Shown here: positions 59,761-64,000 of the stretch, piece by piece
Position numbering within the stretch: the first letter of the stretch is position 1
Layout: each line of letters starts with the position of its first letter
DNA from: Capsulimonadaceae bacterium
Lineage (GTDB): Bacteria; Armatimonadota; Armatimonadia; Armatimonadales; Capsulimonadaceae
DNA length: 64,000 nucleotides
Reading direction: 5' to 3'
NCBI GenBank assembly: GCA_965215505.1
Contig: OZ244065.1
Span: 3,232,001 to 3,296,000 of the forward strand
The notes under the pieces: generated by a model
The model's database searches: none
Told to the model about the DNA's origin: nothing
What the model saw: only the letters and a program-made list of their open reading frames with translations
Program-made: the position numbers and the translations under genes

Positions 59761-60768
59761 ATGAACACACAGCGCGCACAGGAGATATTAGACGGGTTCG
59801 TCGGCAAGAAGGTCCTCGTCATCGGCGACGTCATGCTCGACGAGTACGTCTGGGGGCGCGTCAGCCGCGTCTCGCCCGAGGCCCCGGTCATGGTCGTGGA
59901 CGCCGACAGCCACACCTTCGTGCCGGGCGGCGCGGCGAACGTCGTCAACAACGTCTGCGCCCTGGGCGGGGTCGCCCTGATCGCCGGGATCATCGGCGAG
60001 GACGGCGCGGCGGCGACCCTGAAGGAAAAGCTGGCCGAGGAGGGCGCGGACGTCGCCGGGCTGGTGGCCGTGGCGGAGCGGCCCACGACCCTGAAGACGC
60101 GCGTCATCGCCCACACCCAGCAGGGGGCGCAGCAGGTGGTGCGCGTGGACCACGAGCGGCGCGACGGCATCGGGGCGGACGTCCAGGCGCGCGTGCAGGA
60201 GTATCTGGACGCGGCCATCCCGACCTGTGACGCCCTGCTGCTGTCGGACTACCAGAAGGGCCTGCTGGTGCGGGACCTGGTCGCGAAGACGGTCGAGGCG
60301 GGCCGGCGGGGCGGCAAGGTGATGACGGGGAACCTCAAGCCCAAGGGCATCGCCGGCCACTGCCGGCTGACGATGATCACGCTCAACGTGTTCGAGGCCA
60401 GCGAGGCGTCGGGCCTGATGCTCGGCGACGGCGGCGGGGCGGACGAGGGGAACCTGCGCGAGGCGGGCCGGATGCTGCTGAAGAAGTCGGGCGCGGAGAA
60501 CGTCCTGATCACGCGCGGGGCGCACGGGCTGACCCTGTTCGGGCCGGAGAACTCCGTCGTCAGCCTGGCCGCCCACCCGGTCGAGGTCTTCGACGGCACG
60601 GGGGCGGGGGACACCACGATCACGACCCTGACATTGGCCCTTGCGGCGGGGGCGACGCCCCTGGAGGCGGTGACTCTGGCGAACGCGGCGGGCGCGGTGG
60701 TGGTGCGGAAATTGGGGGTGGCGACGGCCACGCGGGAGGAGATACTGGCGCAGGTGGCTTTGGATTAG
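59761..60768 (+). CDS. HldE/RfaE kinase domain (heptose-7-phosphate kinase, PfkB family)
   Basis: GDVMLDEY..G.VSRVSPEAPV, GGAANV, SDYQKG, DGTGAGDT. Confidence 0.9.
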   Translation: MNTQRAQEILDGFVGKKVLVIGDVMLDEYVWGRVSRVSPEAPVMVVDADSHTFVPGGAANVVNNVCALGGVALIAGIIGEDGAAATLKEKLAEEGADVAGLVAVAERPTTLKTRVIAHTQQGAQQVVRVDHERRDGIGADVQARVQEYLDAAIPTCDALLLSDYQKGLLVRDLVAKTVEAGRRGGKVMTGNLKPKGIAGHCRLTMITLNVFEASEASGLMLGDGGGADEGNLREAGRMLLKKSGAENVLITRGAHGLTLFGPENSVVSLAAHPVEVFDGTGAGDTTITTLTLALAAGATPLEAVTLANAAGAVVVRKLGVATATREEILAQVALD

Positions 60769-60813
60769 GGACCCGCCCCAGGCGGGGCGGGTCCGTTCCG
60801 GCTACTGTTCCGG

Positions 60814-61260
60814 CTACTGCGCGGCGGGCGGCGTCGCCGGGGCGGGAGTCGCCGGGGCGGCGGGCGGGGCGGCACCCTTCGGGGCGCGGAGATGGATCTC
60901 GGTGGCGACCGGCTTGTCGGCGTCGCCGCTGGTGCGGGCCGTGATGCGGGCGTCCACCGTCAGGTCGGCGAAGGTGCCGGTCGGGGACTTGCGGGTGTCG
61001 CCGACCTTGAAGATCTTCGTGCCGTCGGGCACGGACAGGACGGTCGGCGTCTTGCGGACCGTGACCGTGATGGTCTTGGCCGCGCTGTCCACCGACGTGA
61101 TCTTGCCGCTCAGGCGGTTAGGGGTCGTGGTCGGCGGCGGTGCGGGCGTCGCCGGGGCGGCGGGTGCCGGGGGCGTCGCAGGGGCGGGTGCCTGGGCGGA
61201 CGCGGCCAGCGGGGCCAGCAGGACGGCGGCTAGGGTCAGGGGGATGAAATGTCGCAGCAT
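60814..61260 (-). CDS. Secreted Pro/Ala-rich small beta-barrel protein
   Basis: Signal peptide; GKITSVD..KTITV...ADL core between PA-rich linkers. Confidence 0.7.
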   Translation of the reverse strand: MLRHFIPLTLAAVLLAPLAASAQAPAPATPPAPAAPATPAPPPTTTPNRLSGKITSVDSAAKTITVTVRKTPTVLSVPDGTKIFKVGDTRKSPTGTFADLTVDARITARTSGDADKPVATEIHLRAPKGAAPPAAPATPAPATPPAAQ

Positions 61261-61395
61261 TGGTCGTGTTCCTCCGGGATCGTCGTGGGTTGTTTCGGTT
61301 AATGGACGCAGGAGAATGGGGATTGTTCACGGAATAGCATTCCCCGACGGGAAAAGTACCGGGAAAGTACCAGGGAAAGTAAGGACGAAAAGTTT

Positions 61396-62139
61396 ATGAC
61401 CTATTGTTTAGGCGTCATGACCCGCGAGGGGCTGGTGATGATGTCCGACTCGCGCACGAACTCCGGCTACGACCAGGTGAACGTCTGCCGCAAGATGTAC
61501 ACGTTCGTGCTGCCCGGTGAGCGCGTCTTCGTGCTGCTGGCGAGCGGCAGCCTGTCTTTGACCCAGAGCATCATCACCCTGCTCGGGCGCGACTTCGACC
61601 GGGGCGTGGGGCTTGCCGCCGCGCCGTCGCTGTATGACGCCGCCCGCGTGGTCGGCGACCAGGTGCGCCAGGTGTCGGACCTCGACCGCGCCGCTTTGGA
61701 GCGCGACGACTACCGCTTCAACGTCCACTTCATCCTGGGCGGCCAGATCGGCGACCAGCCGCACGACCTGTACCTGGTCTACCCGCAGGGGAACCCGCTG
61801 CGGGCCACCGAGGACTCGCCGTTTTTGCAGGTCGGCGAGCACAAGTACGGCCGGCCCATCCTGGTGCGCGGCATCCAGTACGGCGAGACGCCGCTGGAGG
61901 AGGCGGCCAAGTACGCCCTGATCTCGATGGACTCGACGATGCGCTCCAACGTCACCGTCGGCCCGCCGATTGATCTGGCCGTCTACAAGGCGGGTGATCT
62001 GGAGATCACCAAGCGCCGCCGCCTGACCGCGAGCGACCCGGACCTCCGCAGCATCCACGTCCAGTGGGAGCTTGCCCTGCGCCGGGGCGTGAGCGAGCTG
62101 CCCAAGATTGACTTCGAGACGTTCGGGCAGAAGATCTAG
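61396..62139 (+). CDS. Anbu proteasome-type Ntn protease
   Basis: MTYCLG..SDSRTN, GSLSLTQ, YPQGN, GEHKYGRPIL, SMDSTMRSNVTVGPP. Confidence 0.9.
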   Translation: MTYCLGVMTREGLVMMSDSRTNSGYDQVNVCRKMYTFVLPGERVFVLLASGSLSLTQSIITLLGRDFDRGVGLAAAPSLYDAARVVGDQVRQVSDLDRAALERDDYRFNVHFILGGQIGDQPHDLYLVYPQGNPLRATEDSPFLQVGEHKYGRPILVRGIQYGETPLEEAAKYALISMDSTMRSNVTVGPPIDLAVYKAGDLEITKRRRLTASDPDLRSIHVQWELALRRGVSELPKIDFETFGQKI

Positions 62140-62161
62140 CGGCGACACGAGCCCCGAAACC

Positions 62162-62545
62162 ATGAACGCCATAAAAATCGTTGCACTGCCGCCAGGGGAG
62201 GCTCCCCAGGACGTGCGGGAGGCATGGGTCGGCCTGGTGCTACCATTGGCTCTGCCGGGTAGACGGCGAGGGAGGGGAGCGGGCGTTTTGACTGGTCCCA
62301 AGAGCCTTTTTCGCTGGCCCTTGTGGTATTTAGTAAACCGTCAGCCGGTTCAGCAGTGCTACGTCGTAGAGAGCGCGACAGCCATCAACATCCTTGCCTT
62401 CTACAATCCGGAGTCGGCCCGGTGGTGGCAGGAGAATACCCCCGACTTCCTCATCCCCGGCCGCCGCTTCATGTTCGCCGCTCAAGTCTGTGATGAAACA
62501 GAGGAAGCCGTGTGGCCCCCGCCGCCGGAGCGCCCTGCGGTGTGA
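62162..62545 (+). CDS. Hypothetical protein ending EEAVWPPPPERPAV
   Basis: PPGEAPQDVREAWVGLVLP; ATG 62162. Confidence 0.65.
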   Translation: MNAIKIVALPPGEAPQDVREAWVGLVLPLALPGRRRGRGAGVLTGPKSLFRWPLWYLVNRQPVQQCYVVESATAINILAFYNPESARWWQENTPDFLIPGRRFMFAAQVCDETEEAVWPPPPERPAV

Positions 62546-62603
62546 GCAGCACAGCTGAGGAGCGGAAAATTCAGGATCGACTGAGCAGGGGAGTAGCAGG
62601 AGC

Positions 62604-62819
62604 ATGGTTTTGGAGTGGCTGGTAGGCGTGTTTCTGGCGGCAATGACGCCCGTGGTCATCGTCGGGATCGCAGGCTTCGCCGTCGCGCGCCTTGCGGGCC
62701 GGATCACCGCCCGTCACCAGGACCGGGAGTACCCGACAGCGCAGATGCTTGCCCTGACTTACCAAGAACCGCCCGAACAGTGGCCGCCTGCGCCGATCAT
62801 CGAGGCACCCTTAGACTAG
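62604..62819 (+). CDS. Small TM protein ending EQWPPAPIIEAPLD
   Basis: AGGAG RBS; N-terminal hydrophobic helix. Confidence 0.6.
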   Translation: MVLEWLVGVFLAAMTPVVIVGIAGFAVARLAGRITARHQDREYPTAQMLALTYQEPPEQWPPAPIIEAPLD

Positions 62820-62863
62820 TTCCCCCACCCAATCAGGCACGGCAGATGGAGGGCGGTTCAAAG

Positions 62864-63208
62864 ATGAAGCAAGAGCGACAAGAGGTTTCAGCGGAGGGCT
62901 ACGAGTCAAAGTGGGCCGCGCTCGCAGCCCGACAAAGGGCTGCTAAGGTGACTGTTGCGACGGAACTGTTTTCAGGGCTGTTGCTCGTCGGCCTGTTCCC
63001 ACATCCGATATTTGCTTACTTTTTGGCTTTCATGGCACTCTGCATTGGGGGCAATATCACCCTTTGGAACCGGGTCGCCGGCTTTCGCTGTCCGCGCTGT
63101 CATCAGAAGTTCTTTGACACGGGCCGGCGGCGTGATGTAGGATCGGGACGGTGCTTGCATTGCGGCCTGCCTAAAGGGGCGAAAGAAGAGAAAGGCGGGG
63201 GCAGGTAG
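62864..63208 (+). CDS. Two-TM protein with C-terminal Zn ribbon
   Basis: CPRC...CLHC; GGAGG RBS. Confidence 0.7.
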   Translation: MKQERQEVSAEGYESKWAALAARQRAAKVTVATELFSGLLLVGLFPHPIFAYFLAFMALCIGGNITLWNRVAGFRCPRCHQKFFDTGRRRDVGSGRCLHCGLPKGAKEEKGGGR

Positions 63209-63345
63209 GCGGAGCATCCTGACACCGCCCTGCACCTGATGCCGCCTGCTGTTCTGTTTATTATCGGGTGGCGGCATCGCCGGTAAGTTTTACCGCTTGC
63301 CTTTCAACTGAGGTGGCCGCTGGCGGAGGTAATACGAGGCAACGT

Positions 63346-63582
63346 ATGGATGAGCGATTCGCTCGTTACCTTGTACGCGAGCTATGCTGGGAACTCGACC
63401 AGCATGATGTCGCGCCGCAAGAATTGAAGGAAGCCTTGGCGGGGCAAGCCGAAGTTTTATCCCACTCCGGCTATACGTCCTTGCGCGTTCGGGTCGCGTC
63501 TGCTGTCTTTGATGTAGGTCTGTCATGGCGCAAGGATATACCGCCCACTGTTAGAAAGCTGATAGACGGCGTAGTGCCATAG
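63346..63582 (+). CDS. Hypothetical protein
   Basis: 78 aa ORF with GAGG upstream. Confidence 0.45.
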   Translation: MDERFARYLVRELCWELDQHDVAPQELKEALAGQAEVLSHSGYTSLRVRVASAVFDVGLSWRKDIPPTVRKLIDGVVP

Positions 63583-63767
63583 AACACTCTAATGAGGTCG
63601 TCCGGGTGAGCCTGGTCAAGCGCCTCGGCTGAGACGAAGCCGGGGCGCGGGCGAAAAAAGCGCGAAATAATTTCCGTGTGCCCTAAAGAAGCCGGAGACT
63701 TGCGCCTATAATAGAGGTGTCGCCGGGCAGAGTGTCCGCGACGCCGGGACAAAGACGAGAGAACGAA

Positions 63768-63903
63768 GACGACTAATGGCAAACCCGCCGGCTGGACCGG
63801 CCCGCCCTGAGGTGGAGTCGAAAGACGGGGACGCAAAGCTAAAGGGTCTAAGGCAGCACCCCGGCTGGGGAAGAAGACGCTGCTATGACAGCCAAGCCGC
63901 CGC
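63768..63903 (+). ncRNA. c-di-GMP-I (GEMM) riboswitch with insertions
   Basis: GGCAAACC...GUCGAAAGAC GG GGACGCAAAGCU..AGGGUCUAAG...CUAUGACAGCC; candidate ATG at 63994. Confidence 0.82.
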
Positions 63904-64000
63904 ACCGCCTGCGTTATCGGGAGCATTCCTTCCGCCTGGGAGAGTCCCAGACGGAAACACCCAACTAGCAAGGCATATCAGGGGGCAACAACCATGAAGA

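Overview
GC-rich bacterial chromosomal segment; the gene content suggests Armatimonadota (inference only). 1-10.9 kb is one minus-strand respiratory operon: ccoS, Rieske protein, split cytochrome b (b6-type) plus subunit IV, a pentaheme cytochrome c, a CcoP-like cytochrome, ccoN, ccoO, ccoG, a small membrane protein and ccoI. Housekeeping genes include dacB, smc (with a 559-aa LAGLIDADG intein in Walker A), hsp20-lon (HAIR operator), valS (Val T-box), an HldE-type kinase and Anbu. Accessory content includes PEP-CTERM-like surface proteins, two glycoside hydrolases, transporters, TA-like modules and relics, a low-GC PIN-domain gene and several REP/MITE-like palindrome families. Top signals: (1) two homologous pseudoknotted leader RNAs with c-di-GMP-II-like architecture but non-canonical core, sharing a direct-repeat promoter, in front of PEP-CTERM genes, plus an insertion-bearing c-di-GMP-I aptamer at the right edge; (2) diverged duplicates of the smc and lon 3' ends bracketing TA/defence-like cargo, suggesting gene capture by 3'-end replacement; (3) a shared C-terminal acidic-WPP[AP]P motif on three unrelated small proteins; (4) a probable Rieske/cytb-multiheme-cbb3 supercomplex. 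All family calls are by motif recognition; no searches were run.
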